A DNA stretch of 32,000 nt, from NCBI GenBank assembly GCA_020436025.1, contig JAGQYP010000032.1, forward strand, positions 1,643-33,642. Direction: 5' to 3'. Each line of letters begins with the position of its first letter. Positions within the stretch are counted from its first letter, which is position 1. The notes under the pieces are model-generated. The model worked only from the letters and a program-made list of their open reading frames with translations, made no database searches and was not told the origin of the DNA. Positions 17,285 to 24,888 of this stretch are shown piece by piece. Source of the DNA: Crocinitomicaceae bacterium (GTDB taxonomy: Bacteria > Bacteroidota > Bacteroidia > Flavobacteriales_D > Crocinitomicaceae). The translations under genes and the position numbers were made by a program.

Positions 17285-18229
17285 TTAAACACTTTGTAAA
17301 TAGCTATTTACATTCTCCTCGATTCTTTGCTCCAGCTGAGACACATCTGATTTCTCGAAGGTTTTCCCTGTAATCTTTTCGTAAAGTTCGATATATCTTT
17401 CTGTAACCGTATCCACAAAATCATCCGGCATCACAGGCATAATCTGGCCATCCAAACCTTGGAAACCATTCTCCATCAGCCATTCTCTAACAAACTCCTT
17501 CGACAACTGCTTTTGCGGCTCTCTATTTGCTTGTCTTTCTTTGTACCCATCCGCATAAAAATACCTAGAGGAATCAGGAGTATGGATTTCATCGATCAAA
17601 TAAATCTTCCCATCTTTTTTACCGAATTCGTATTTGGTATCAACCAGAATTAATCCTCTTTCCGCGGCAATTTCAGATCCTCTTTGAAACAATTTTCTAG
17701 TGTAGTCTTCCAATTGCACATAATCTTCTTCCGAAATGATTCCTTGCTTGATGATTTCGTCTCTAGAAATATCTTCATCGTGACCCTCATCCGCCTTAGT
17801 TGCAGGAGTAATAATTGGCTCAGGAAAAGCATCGTTTTCTCTCATACCTTCCGGCATTTCCACACCGCAAATCAGTCTTTCCCCTGCTCTATACTCTCTC
17901 CAGGCATGTCCTGCCAAATACCCACGAATGACCATTTCTACTCGGAAAGGTTCGCATGCAATTCCCACAGCCACTTGTGGATCTGGAGTAGCCAATTTCC
18001 AATTCGGAACGATATCAGAAGTTGCGTCTAGAAACATGGAAGCCACCTGATTCAACACCTGACCTTTAAAAGGAATTCCTTTAGGTAAAATGTGATCAAA
18101 AGCTGAAATTCGATCTGATGCGATCATCACCAAAAGATCATCATTTATGGTATACACATCTCTTACTTTTCCATGGTACACTTTCGTTTGTCCTGGAAAT
18201 TTAAAATTGGTTTTTGTTAATGCATTCAT
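17285..18229 (-). CDS. purC: Phosphoribosylaminoimidazole-succinocarboxamide (SAICAR) synthase
   Basis: 'GKVRDVY...[14 protein letters not shown]', '[11 protein letters not shown]', '[11 protein letters not shown]' are the classic PurC long-form motifs. ATGA overlap with the upstream phoH-like gene. Confidence 0.95.
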   Translation of the reverse strand: MNALTKTNFKFPGQTKVYHGKVRDVYTINDDLLVMIASDRISAFDHILPKGIPFKGQVLNQVASMFLDATSDIVPNWKLATPDPQVAVGIACEPFRVEMVIRGYLAGHAWREYRAGERLICGVEMPEGMRENDAFPEPIITPATKADEGHDEDISRDEIIKQGIISEEDYVQLEDYTRKLFQRGSEIAAERGLILVDTKYEFGKKDGKIYLIDEIHTPDSSRYFYADGYKERQANREPQKQLSKEFVREWLMENGFQGLDGQIMPVMPDDFVDTVTERYIELYEKITGKTFEKSDVSQLEQRIEENVNSYLQSV

Positions 18230-19167
18230 TCTTTATCGTCTTCTAATGCTTGAATTATCTTACTTACCAGTTTATGGCGAATTACATCGTGTTTATTTAA
18301 TTCAATAATTTCGATGCCTTTTATATCTTTTATTTTATTGATCACCGACAACAATCCTGATTTCTGGTGTTTCGGCAAATCTACTTGAGTCATGTCTCCT
18401 GTGACTACAAATTTAGCAGATTGTCCCATTCGTGTTAAGAACATTTTCATTTGCATGTAGGTAGCATTTTGTGCTTCATCCAGAATTACAAAAGCCTTAT
18501 CCAAGGTTCGTCCTCTCATGAAAGCCAATGGCGCAATTTGAATGGTTCCAAACTCAAGGTATTCAGCCAACTTTTCAGGTGGAATCATGTCTCTCAGCCC
18601 ATCATAAAGTGGCTGTAAATAAGGATCTAGTTTATCTTTCAAGTCACCAGGAAGGAAACCTAAATTCTCCCCTGCCTCTACAGCTGGACGAGTCAAAATG
18701 ATTCTTTTTACTTCCTTGTTTTTTAGTGCTCGAACTGCCATGGCTACCGCCGTATATGTTTTTCCTGTACCGGCCGGACCCACTGCAAAAACCATATCAT
18801 TTTTAATAATGGAATCTACCAGTTTTCTTTGGTTCAGTGTTCGGGCTTTGATAGGAGCTCCACCTACCCCATGAACGATTACTTGATCATTTTTGATTTT
18901 GTGGTAATCATCATCCTGATCAAGCAGAATATTGTCTATGTCCTCGTCTCGGAGTTGATTGTATTTTGCAAGATAGGCCAGAATCTTTTTTATTTTGCGA
19001 TCAAAAATGAGCAGCTCTTCTTCATCACCTACTGCAGTCAGTTGATTCCCTCTGGAGAGAATTTTTAGTTTGGGAAAGTACTTTTTGATGATCTTTAATT
19101 TTGAGTTATTTACTCCGAAGATCTCAATGGGGTCAAACCCTTCAATTTCTAACTTAATTTCCTGCAA
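18226..19167 (-). CDS. phoH: PhoH-family ATPase
   Basis: Walker A '[16 protein letters not shown]', '[20 protein letters not shown]', 'FVILDEAQN', '[10 protein letters not shown]'. Confidence 0.9.
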   Translation of the reverse strand: MQEIKLEIEGFDPIEIFGVNNSKLKIIKKYFPKLKILSRGNQLTAVGDEEELLIFDRKIKKILAYLAKYNQLRDEDIDNILLDQDDDYHKIKNDQVIVHGVGGAPIKARTLNQRKLVDSIIKNDMVFAVGPAGTGKTYTAVAMAVRALKNKEVKRIILTRPAVEAGENLGFLPGDLKDKLDPYLQPLYDGLRDMIPPEKLAEYLEFGTIQIAPLAFMRGRTLDKAFVILDEAQNATYMQMKMFLTRMGQSAKFVVTGDMTQVDLPKHQKSGLLSVINKIKDIKGIEIIELNKHDVIRHKLVSKIIQALEDDKE

Positions 19168-19216
19168 TTCCTTAGCGCTAAAATTTTAACTTTGTCCTTA
19201 ATTCAAATTAATGAAT

Positions 19217-19233
19217 TATTTTTGGCAAAATTA
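19217..19233. promoter_or_regulatory. Back-to-back candidate -7 boxes: TATTTTTG (+, 19217-24) and TAATTTTG (-, 19226-33)
   Basis: The sequence tatttttg-g-caaaatta forms a near-palindrome in the 128-bp divergent gap between phoH (-) and the SAM-hydrolase gene (+). Confidence 0.4.
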
Positions 19234-19295
19234 TTAAAGAATAACGATTTGTAGCCTTTCTTTAATAACAAAAGCACAAGATTTACAAACAAAAT

Positions 19296-20153
19296 ATGGG
19301 AATACTGACTTTAACGACAGACATGGGGCATCAAGATCACTATGTGGCTGTGGTTAAAGGTAAAATCCTAACTGATATTCCATCAGCTAACATCATAGAC
19401 ATTTCTCATAACGTATCGCCTTTTGACATTTTGGAGGCGTCTTTTTTGATTAAAAATGTGCTTAAAGACTTTCCATCAGGAACCATTCACATTATTGGTG
19501 TAGATCCTGAACCTGTTATTGATTTCAAAGACGAAACCCGATCCAGCATTCCTAAGATCGTTGTTTACAATGAGCAAATTTTCATAGGGAATGATTCCGG
19601 GATATTTTCTCTGATATTGGAACATCACAAAGCTCAAAAAATCTATCGAATCACGGATTACAATAAGCCAGAACATTTAAGATTTCCAACCAAATCGATT
19701 TTTGCTGACGTGGCCTGCCGAATTCTAAACGGAGAAAAACCTGAGGATTTAGGAGAAGAAATTGACTATCTGAAAAAAGCGATTTCGATTCAGCCGGTGA
19801 TTGAAGAAAACATGATTCGGGGTAGCGTGATTTATATTGACCATTATGGGAATGCAATTACGAACATTACAGAAAAGCTGTTTAAAGATATCGGAAAAGG
19901 CAATCCATTTATTCTGAATTTTAAGTCTGAAGATTATGTAATCGACGAGATTTCCAAGTCTTACAATGATGTTTCTTCCGGTGAAAAACTCGCTTTATTT
20001 TCATCAACGGGTCATTTGGAAATAGCCATAAACAAAGGAGTTGAAAGTAATGGTGGTTCTGCCGTTTCCTTACTTGGACTTCGAAAAGATGATATTATAC
20101 GAGTCCGATTCCAACCCAAGGGCTCGGCGAAAAATTTCAATGAATTATTTTAA
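19296..20153 (+). CDS. SAM hydrolase / SAM-dependent halogenase family protein (DUF62, S-adenosyl-L-methionine hydroxide adenosyltransferase-like)
   Basis: 'ILTLTTDMGHQDHYVAVVKGKIL......ANIIDISHNVSPFDILEASF' matches the family N-terminal signature (TDFG..D.YVG.MKG.I......I.D..H.I..F.I..A). Confidence 0.8.
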   Translation: MGILTLTTDMGHQDHYVAVVKGKILTDIPSANIIDISHNVSPFDILEASFLIKNVLKDFPSGTIHIIGVDPEPVIDFKDETRSSIPKIVVYNEQIFIGNDSGIFSLILEHHKAQKIYRITDYNKPEHLRFPTKSIFADVACRILNGEKPEDLGEEIDYLKKAISIQPVIEENMIRGSVIYIDHYGNAITNITEKLFKDIGKGNPFILNFKSEDYVIDEISKSYNDVSSGEKLALFSSTGHLEIAINKGVESNGGSAVSLLGLRKDDIIRVRFQPKGSAKNFNELF

Positions 20154-20449
20154 TGATTACCCGAATTGTAAAGATGACGTTTAAGGAAGAACACATCAAT
20201 GACTTCCTCAATTATTTTCCCGAAATCGTAGATCGTATTCGTAATCAAGAAGGATGTAATCACGTGGATCTACTTCATGATGTCAGCGATCCAAGAATCT
20301 TCTTTACTTACTCCAAATGGGATTCTGAAAAACATCTCAACGCCTATCGCGACTCGGAACTTTTTGGTCAGGTTTGGCCTAAGGTCAAGAAATGGTTTGA
20401 CGCTAAGCCGGAAGCCTGGAGTGTTTTGAGTGTTGAGCAAGAGTTGTGA
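20153..20449 (+). CDS. Antibiotic-biosynthesis-monooxygenase (ABM)-like small protein
   Basis: 98 aa. The ferredoxin-like ABM pattern reads 'IVKMTFKEEHINDFLNYF......IRNQEGCNHVDLLHDVSDPRIFFTYSKWDSEKHLNAYRDSELF'. Its start overlaps the upstream stop (taATGa). Confidence 0.75.
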   Translation: MITRIVKMTFKEEHINDFLNYFPEIVDRIRNQEGCNHVDLLHDVSDPRIFFTYSKWDSEKHLNAYRDSELFGQVWPKVKKWFDAKPEAWSVLSVEQEL

Positions 20450-20564
20450 GCAAGAGTACGGAGCAAGAGTACGGAGCAAGAGTATTGAGCAAGAGTACGG
20501 AACAAGAGTTTTGAGCAAGAGTACGGAGCAAGAGTTTTGAGTGAGAGTTTTGAGTAGGTTTGTG
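20435..20564. repeat. Tandem array of a 13-nt unit GAGCAAGAGTACG (nine clear units plus one degenerate unit)
   Basis: Units start at 20435, 20448, 20461, 20474, 20487, 20500, 20513, 20526, 20539 and 20552. Variation is concentrated in the last four bases (tacg/tatt/tttt/ttgt). The first unit contains the ABM TGA stop (20447-49). Degenerate 'gagtgtttt/gagtgtt' precursors encode the last residues, SVLSVEQEL. Confidence 0.9.
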
Positions 20565-20571
20565 ATTTTTT

Positions 20572-20618
20572 GGCGTTTGAAACGCCTGGAAGGTTTTGCA
20601 CTCGTTGGAAACGAGCGC
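20572..20618. other. Two similar short hairpins or palindromes (GGCGTT-tga-AACGCC and GCaCTCGTT-gga-AACGAGcGC)
   Basis: 20572-20586 and 20598-20618. Both are built on CGTTnGAAACG. Confidence 0.6.
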
Positions 20619-20643
20619 TAGTTGGGTTGATTTAAAAACAAAA

Positions 20644-20672
20644 AGGAATAAATCCGGTGACTTATTCCTTTC
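20644..20672 (+). terminator. Weak terminator-like hairpin (GGAATAA..TTATTCC followed by tttc)
   Basis: The 7-bp AT-rich stem pairs 20644-50 with 20662-68 across an 11-nt loop. It is preceded by an A-run and followed by tttct, about 200 nt downstream of the ABM stop. Confidence 0.35.
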
Positions 20673-20780
20673 TGAACCCTATTTGATTGCTTAAAATGTT
20701 GTTATCTTATAAGCGTCAAAACAAATCATAGTCCGCAAGGAAATTTGTATTATTTTTAGAACTTATTGAAAACGAGCTCG

Positions 20781-21743
20781 ATGCAAGATTCAGAATTGGA
20801 TAATTATATTGCCGCTATCGTCCGAAAAGCACAGGAAGATCAAGATTCGGACAGACCTTTAACTCGCAAGGAAATGGAGGAGTTGGCTTTGAGTATGGGT
20901 TTGACCGAAGAACAATTCAGAGAACTGATGGTCAAAGCGATTCGACATACTCAAACGGCCAGAAGGTTTTTGGATCAGAATAATTATGAAGACGGACTCA
21001 AAGAAGCAAAAAATGCGGTTGCCATCAATCCTTATGTAGAAAAAGGATATTCGATGTTGGCCTTGGCTTATTTTCAGAAATATCAGGATTTAGGTGATTA
21101 CAATGACCGAGTTCAAGCAGAATATGCCGCTCAAAAGGCTTTGAAATTAAATAGTCACGATCAAAGAGCGATTAATGTCATGAGTGCCTTATCCAAGGAC
21201 AAAAGAACAAAATCCAAGGATAATAAAAGAATCTATATAGTTCTTGCTGCTCTCATCATGGCCATTGCTATTGGAGCTGTCGTTTTCATCGCCTTAGGCA
21301 AACAGATTGATGATGCCATGGATCAACAGGATCAGAATAGTACTAAAAATCAGCTTATTGAAGCGGAAGAAACCGTGAATTCCATTGAAATGGAGATCAA
21401 AGTAGAACAGGATAGAAAAAGAAGTTTGATTCGAGAATTCATTGCAATAGGTCCGGAATCTTCGCATGCCCAAACTAAATTAAAAAAGAAGCTTTCCTTT
21501 TTAGTTGCAGATGGTATTGATCCTAGTGAATTGGATGAGGCTTTCAAAGAGTACAAAAGCACCTTCCCCGCCGAGTTGGATGAGTCCATTCAAACCCATT
21601 TGATTCAAATTGAAGGAGCGGAAAATCGAATAGCTTTTCAGAGAGGTGAGTTGGCTAAGGCCATTAAAGCTTATAATATTCTAGTAAAAAAATACGGTTC
21701 AGAAAATCCTGAATTCCAACTAAAAGAATACAGTTATGAGTAG
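20781..21743 (+). CDS. LemA-like single-pass membrane protein with a long TPR-like N-terminal extension
   Basis: The track start is TTG 20766; I use the ATG at 20781 (MQDSELDNY). One TM segment, IYIVLAALIMAIAIGAVVFIALG. The C-terminal 'HLIQIEGAENRIAFQRGELAKAIKAYNILVKKYG' matches the LemA hallmark (L.GTENRIA.AR..YN..V..YN), and 'IKVEQDRKRSLIREFI' parallels LemA 'VQLKRR.DLIPNLV'. Confidence 0.65.
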   Translation: MQDSELDNYIAAIVRKAQEDQDSDRPLTRKEMEELALSMGLTEEQFRELMVKAIRHTQTARRFLDQNNYEDGLKEAKNAVAINPYVEKGYSMLALAYFQKYQDLGDYNDRVQAEYAAQKALKLNSHDQRAINVMSALSKDKRTKSKDNKRIYIVLAALIMAIAIGAVVFIALGKQIDDAMDQQDQNSTKNQLIEAEETVNSIEMEIKVEQDRKRSLIREFIAIGPESSHAQTKLKKKLSFLVADGIDPSELDEAFKEYKSTFPAELDESIQTHLIQIEGAENRIAFQRGELAKAIKAYNILVKKYGSENPEFQLKEYSYE

Positions 21744-23049
21744 ATTTTTGAACCCCATTTTCATTCTGATAATTTGGTTTCCTTTTGTTTCCATCCATGG
21801 ACAACTTCAACCTAAAGACATCCCAAATACGAAGGTCGTTCACAATGAAAACTTTTATGATGGAACGGGTAGGTTACAACAATACGAAAAAGACTCTCTG
21901 AATAATCTTTTAAGATCAATTGAAGACAAACTTGGGTATCCCATCGCAGTGGTTTTGTTGAATACCATTGATAATCAAAACACCCATCAATTTGCTTTGG
22001 ATCTTTTTAATTTATGGGGAGTGGGAGATGCTAAAACCAATAATGGCCTTTTAATCATGGTGGTTTTAGAAGCCCGAAGAACCGAATTTATCACAGGAAC
22101 CGGAGTGGAAGGGGTATTACCTGATGCTTTGTGTTTTAAGATTCAGCAAAAAAGTATGAATCCCTATTTTAAGGATGGCAATTTCTACTTGGGATTGTAT
22201 TATGGAATTAAAACTGTTGAAGATATTTACCAAGGAAATCCTGTCGATTACTTGAATGAAACCGTTCAGGTTCAGGCTCAAGCTGAAGAAGGACCTCGAA
22301 CTAGAGAGGAAATGGAGGCGCTTGGCGGTTTTTCAAGGTTTTCTGTTTTTCTTGTTTATGAAATGCCCTGGTATTATTTATTCGTGATGGCGGGAATCGT
22401 GACATTTTGCCTCTTTTTGATGTTAATTGCCTTAATGGTGAAAGATCTCATGTTGAAATACAATTTGATCAAGTTTAGCTCATTGGGTATTTTCAGAATC
22501 TTTTTCCCATTTCCCTTTCTCCTTTTTAGATCGATCATTAGTCGATTTATGGATAGTTATCGCTACAAAACCAGATATTCTCCTACTACCGGTAGCGAAT
22601 TATTCTTACTCAATGAAAACGAAGAAGATAAATTTTTGGATAACCTTCATGAAGCAAAAGAAAAAGTAGGTTCTTATGATTACGATGTTTGGATCAGTGA
22701 GGGCGGAGCAGAATTTGTGATCATTCCTTATAAAACATGGTTTAAATTTGTTCGAAAATGTCCGAGTTGCAAACAAAGAACAATGGAATACAAAGGAAGT
22801 ACGGTTACCAGAAGTGCAACTTATTCTTCTTCAGGAGCAGGCTACAAAACTTATGTTTGTCAAAATTGCAAGCACAAAAAAGTAAAGCATTATACCATTC
22901 CGAGATTATCACCTCCTTCAAGTGGAAGTTCTTCTTATTCTTCTTCTTCAAGCAGTAGTTGGTCGAGCAGCAGCAGTAGCTCATCCAGTAGTGGTGGATC
23001 ATGGGGAGGAGGATCTTCTTCTGGTGGCGGAGCAGGATCTTCTTGGTAG
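21736..23049 (+). CDS. TPM-domain (TLP18.3/Psb32/MOLO-1, YgcG-like) membrane protein with a C-terminal CxxC..CxxC zinc ribbon and a poly-Ser/Gly tail
   Basis: Signal peptide, then the TPM core 'NNGLLIMVVLEARRTEFITGTGVEGVLPDALC..I......PYFKDGNFYLGL'. Hydrophobic block at about residues 195-265. CPSC (22759-) and CQNC (22858-). The tail reads SSGSSSYSSSSSSSWSSSSSSSSSSGGSWGGGSSSGGGAGSSW. An 8-nt overlap (ATGAGTAG) joins it to the LemA-like gene. Confidence 0.8.
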   Translation: MSRFLNPIFILIIWFPFVSIHGQLQPKDIPNTKVVHNENFYDGTGRLQQYEKDSLNNLLRSIEDKLGYPIAVVLLNTIDNQNTHQFALDLFNLWGVGDAKTNNGLLIMVVLEARRTEFITGTGVEGVLPDALCFKIQQKSMNPYFKDGNFYLGLYYGIKTVEDIYQGNPVDYLNETVQVQAQAEEGPRTREEMEALGGFSRFSVFLVYEMPWYYLFVMAGIVTFCLFLMLIALMVKDLMLKYNLIKFSSLGIFRIFFPFPFLLFRSIISRFMDSYRYKTRYSPTTGSELFLLNENEEDKFLDNLHEAKEKVGSYDYDVWISEGGAEFVIIPYKTWFKFVRKCPSCKQRTMEYKGSTVTRSATYSSSGAGYKTYVCQNCKHKKVKHYTIPRLSPPSSGSSSYSSSSSSSWSSSSSSSSSSGGSWGGGSSSGGGAGSSW

Positions 23050-23051
23050 TC

Positions 23052-23402
23052 TTATTTCTCTGCTGTGTGGGTGTTGTAAAATAAAATTACCCCAATCAAA
23101 AAGGCCAATAGTGGAAATAATAATGGAGGTTCTTTCAAATAGAACATGAATAATATGTGAGGTAAAACGACCAAAAATGTGAAAACATAAAAAGTCCATT
23201 TGTAGTTTCCAATAGATGCCGCAATAGCCACAAAAAGTACAAAAAAGGTAGAGTAAAACATGAAAGTTGTATACCAGGCGGTTGTTAGATCAAGTATTAC
23301 AGGTGCTCCAAGGCCAGTAAATAAAAGATAAAAGACGACCATCAACCAAATGGAAACAGATTTTTTCTTTAGTGAATCTTTGTATGTTTTTGCCTGATAC
23401 AT
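23052..23402 (-). CDS. Hypothetical small integral membrane protein (116 aa, 3-4 TM)
   Basis: Hydrophobic segments throughout and no family recognised. It is convergent with the TPM gene, with only 2 bp between the stops. Confidence 0.5.
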   Translation of the reverse strand: MYQAKTYKDSLKKKSVSIWLMVVFYLLFTGLGAPVILDLTTAWYTTFMFYSTFFVLFVAIAASIGNYKWTFYVFTFLVVLPHILFMFYLKEPPLLFPLLAFLIGVILFYNTHTAEK

Positions 23403-23419
23403 TTCGAATTGAAAGTTAG

Positions 23420-24244
23420 CTAAAATCTACGAATAACCGATTCAATTCCAAACAAATATGAAGAACCGAACATGTTTAAGTGAGTCAGATTGGGATACAG
23501 GTTGTAAACAGGGATTCTTGCATCAATTCCTGGTTCTAAGGGTGCATATTGATCATACAATTCGATGAAATTTGAACTAAAACCACCAAACATTTGCGTC
23601 ATAGCCAGATCCATTTCTCGATGCCCAAAATAAACGGCTGGGTCGATCAAACCTTCCATCAAATTTCCTCCCCACAGATCCCCGTGCAATAAACTCGGAT
23701 TTTCATTTGGAAAAATGGATTCCAATTCCAAATACATGCGTTCAAATTGTCTTAGGTTTTCAGACCTCAGCTTCCCATCATTAAAGGCCATTTTTACAAG
23801 AGGTTCCATTCTACACTGAATAAAGAATTCGGTCCACCTTGGATGCCAGACATTGGATTGAGGAAGATATCCTATATAATTATCTTCATACCAGCCAAAT
23901 TGAACACTTGAGCTTTGATGCATATTGGCCAATCCACTTGCAATGGTTTCCCAATAGGCCTGATCACGAAGTCCCTTCCCTATCTTTTCAAGAATCAAAT
24001 ATTGCTTTCCATGGATTTCACCAAAAGCAAATACTTCAGGGATTAAGATAGAATTCGTCTCTCTTAAAACTTGGAGTCCGCGAGCTTCTTTCTCCAACAT
24101 TTGAGGATAGGATTTTGCGTCATTAATTTTGACTACGCGATCATTGACCAAAAAAACTTCATTAATATCTCCTCCGGAAAGAGTTTGAGAGTCGGTGACT
24201 TTCTCTTCGAATTCTTTAAGGAATATTTCTTCCAGAATGGTCAT
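23420..24244 (-). CDS. Fructosamine/ketosamine-3-kinase family protein
   Basis: 'LSGGDINEVFLV', 'PSLLHGDLWGGN', 'DPAVYFGHREMDLAMT', 'YNLYPNLTHLNMFG' are family signatures. Confidence 0.85.
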   Translation of the reverse strand: MTILEEIFLKEFEEKVTDSQTLSGGDINEVFLVNDRVVKINDAKSYPQMLEKEARGLQVLRETNSILIPEVFAFGEIHGKQYLILEKIGKGLRDQAYWETIASGLANMHQSSSVQFGWYEDNYIGYLPQSNVWHPRWTEFFIQCRMEPLVKMAFNDGKLRSENLRQFERMYLELESIFPNENPSLLHGDLWGGNLMEGLIDPAVYFGHREMDLAMTQMFGGFSSNFIELYDQYAPLEPGIDARIPVYNLYPNLTHLNMFGSSYLFGIESVIRRF

Positions 24245-24804
24245 TTATTATTCCAATTGGTCATGGTCAATTGCAACCCTACGGAAGTAAATCCTTTGAT
24301 GAATTCAGTTGTGGTTTTAATTCTTTCAGGCAATAGTTTCAACTCTTCGTCCGACCAATTCCCAAGTACATAATCCGACTGACGTCCTTGAGCAAAATCA
24401 TTTCCTACTCCGAAACGCACTCTGGCATAATTTGGATTTCCAAGTGTCGCTTGTATGTCTTTCAAGCCATTGTGTCCACCATCAGAACCTTTGCCTTTCA
24501 TTCTCAGCTTACCGAAAGGTAGGGCAATGTCATCGGTAATCACAAGAATATTCTCTTGAGGAATCTTTTCTTTTTGCATCCAATAGTTAACTGCCTTTCC
24601 GGATAAATTCATGAATGTCGTAGGCTTGATACACACAATTTGTCTCCCTTTGAATTTCACGGTGGCTACATCAGCTAATTTATCAGACTGCCATTCTCCT
24701 TCTCGTTCAGCAACAAATTCTTCCACAACTAAAAAACCAATATTGTGACGTGTATTCACGTATTTCCCTCCCGGATTTCCTAAACCAACGATTAGATATT
24801 TCAT
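24241..24804 (-). CDS. pth: Peptidyl-tRNA hydrolase
   Basis: 'MKYLIVGLGNPGGKYVNTRHNIGF', 'KPTTFMNLSG', 'DDIALPFGKLRMKGKGSDGGHNGLK' are the canonical Pth motifs. ATGA overlap with the downstream kinase gene. Confidence 0.95.
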   Translation of the reverse strand: MKYLIVGLGNPGGKYVNTRHNIGFLVVEEFVAEREGEWQSDKLADVATVKFKGRQIVCIKPTTFMNLSGKAVNYWMQKEKIPQENILVITDDIALPFGKLRMKGKGSDGGHNGLKDIQATLGNPNYARVRFGVGNDFAQGRQSDYVLGNWSDEELKLLPERIKTTTEFIKGFTSVGLQLTMTNWNNK

Positions 24805-24856
24805 GAGGCAAATTTAGAACTTTTTGAGTGTCGAATTATTCGAATTTAGAATGTAA

Positions 24857-24888
24857 ATTGTTCATTATTCATTGTTCATTATTCATTG
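24857..24888. repeat. Tandem heptamer repeat TTCATT(A/G) x4 (equivalently a 14-mer x2), preceded by attg
   Basis: attg ttcatta ttcattg ttcatta ttcattg. It lies between the stop of the beta-propeller gene (24901) and the pth start (24804). A 6-1-6 palindrome tcgaattattcga is at 24831-43. Confidence 0.8.

Noticed and set aside
16482-19068. Short ORFs inside or antisense to the 16367-17209 hypothetical gene, purC and phoH (for example 17684-18031, 115 aa)
   Set aside because: They are nested in genes with canonical motifs (purC, phoH) and have no independent evidence.
20435-20564. Possible CRISPR array
   Set aside because: The units are directly tandem with no spacers, the unit length (13 nt) is far too short, and no cas genes are present in the window.
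20270-20601. Two minus-strand ORFs (82 and 77 aa) with repetitive 'TLAPYSCS..LLLRT' peptides
   Set aside because: The peptide periodicity is simply the 13-nt DNA repeat read in shifting frames. They also overlap the ABM gene in antisense.
22758-23199. Four ORFs (65-75 aa) on both strands over the poly-Ser/Gly-coding end of the TPM gene
   Set aside because: They are low-complexity read-throughs of the Ser/Gly codon run in other frames and strands, and they overlap two better-supported genes.
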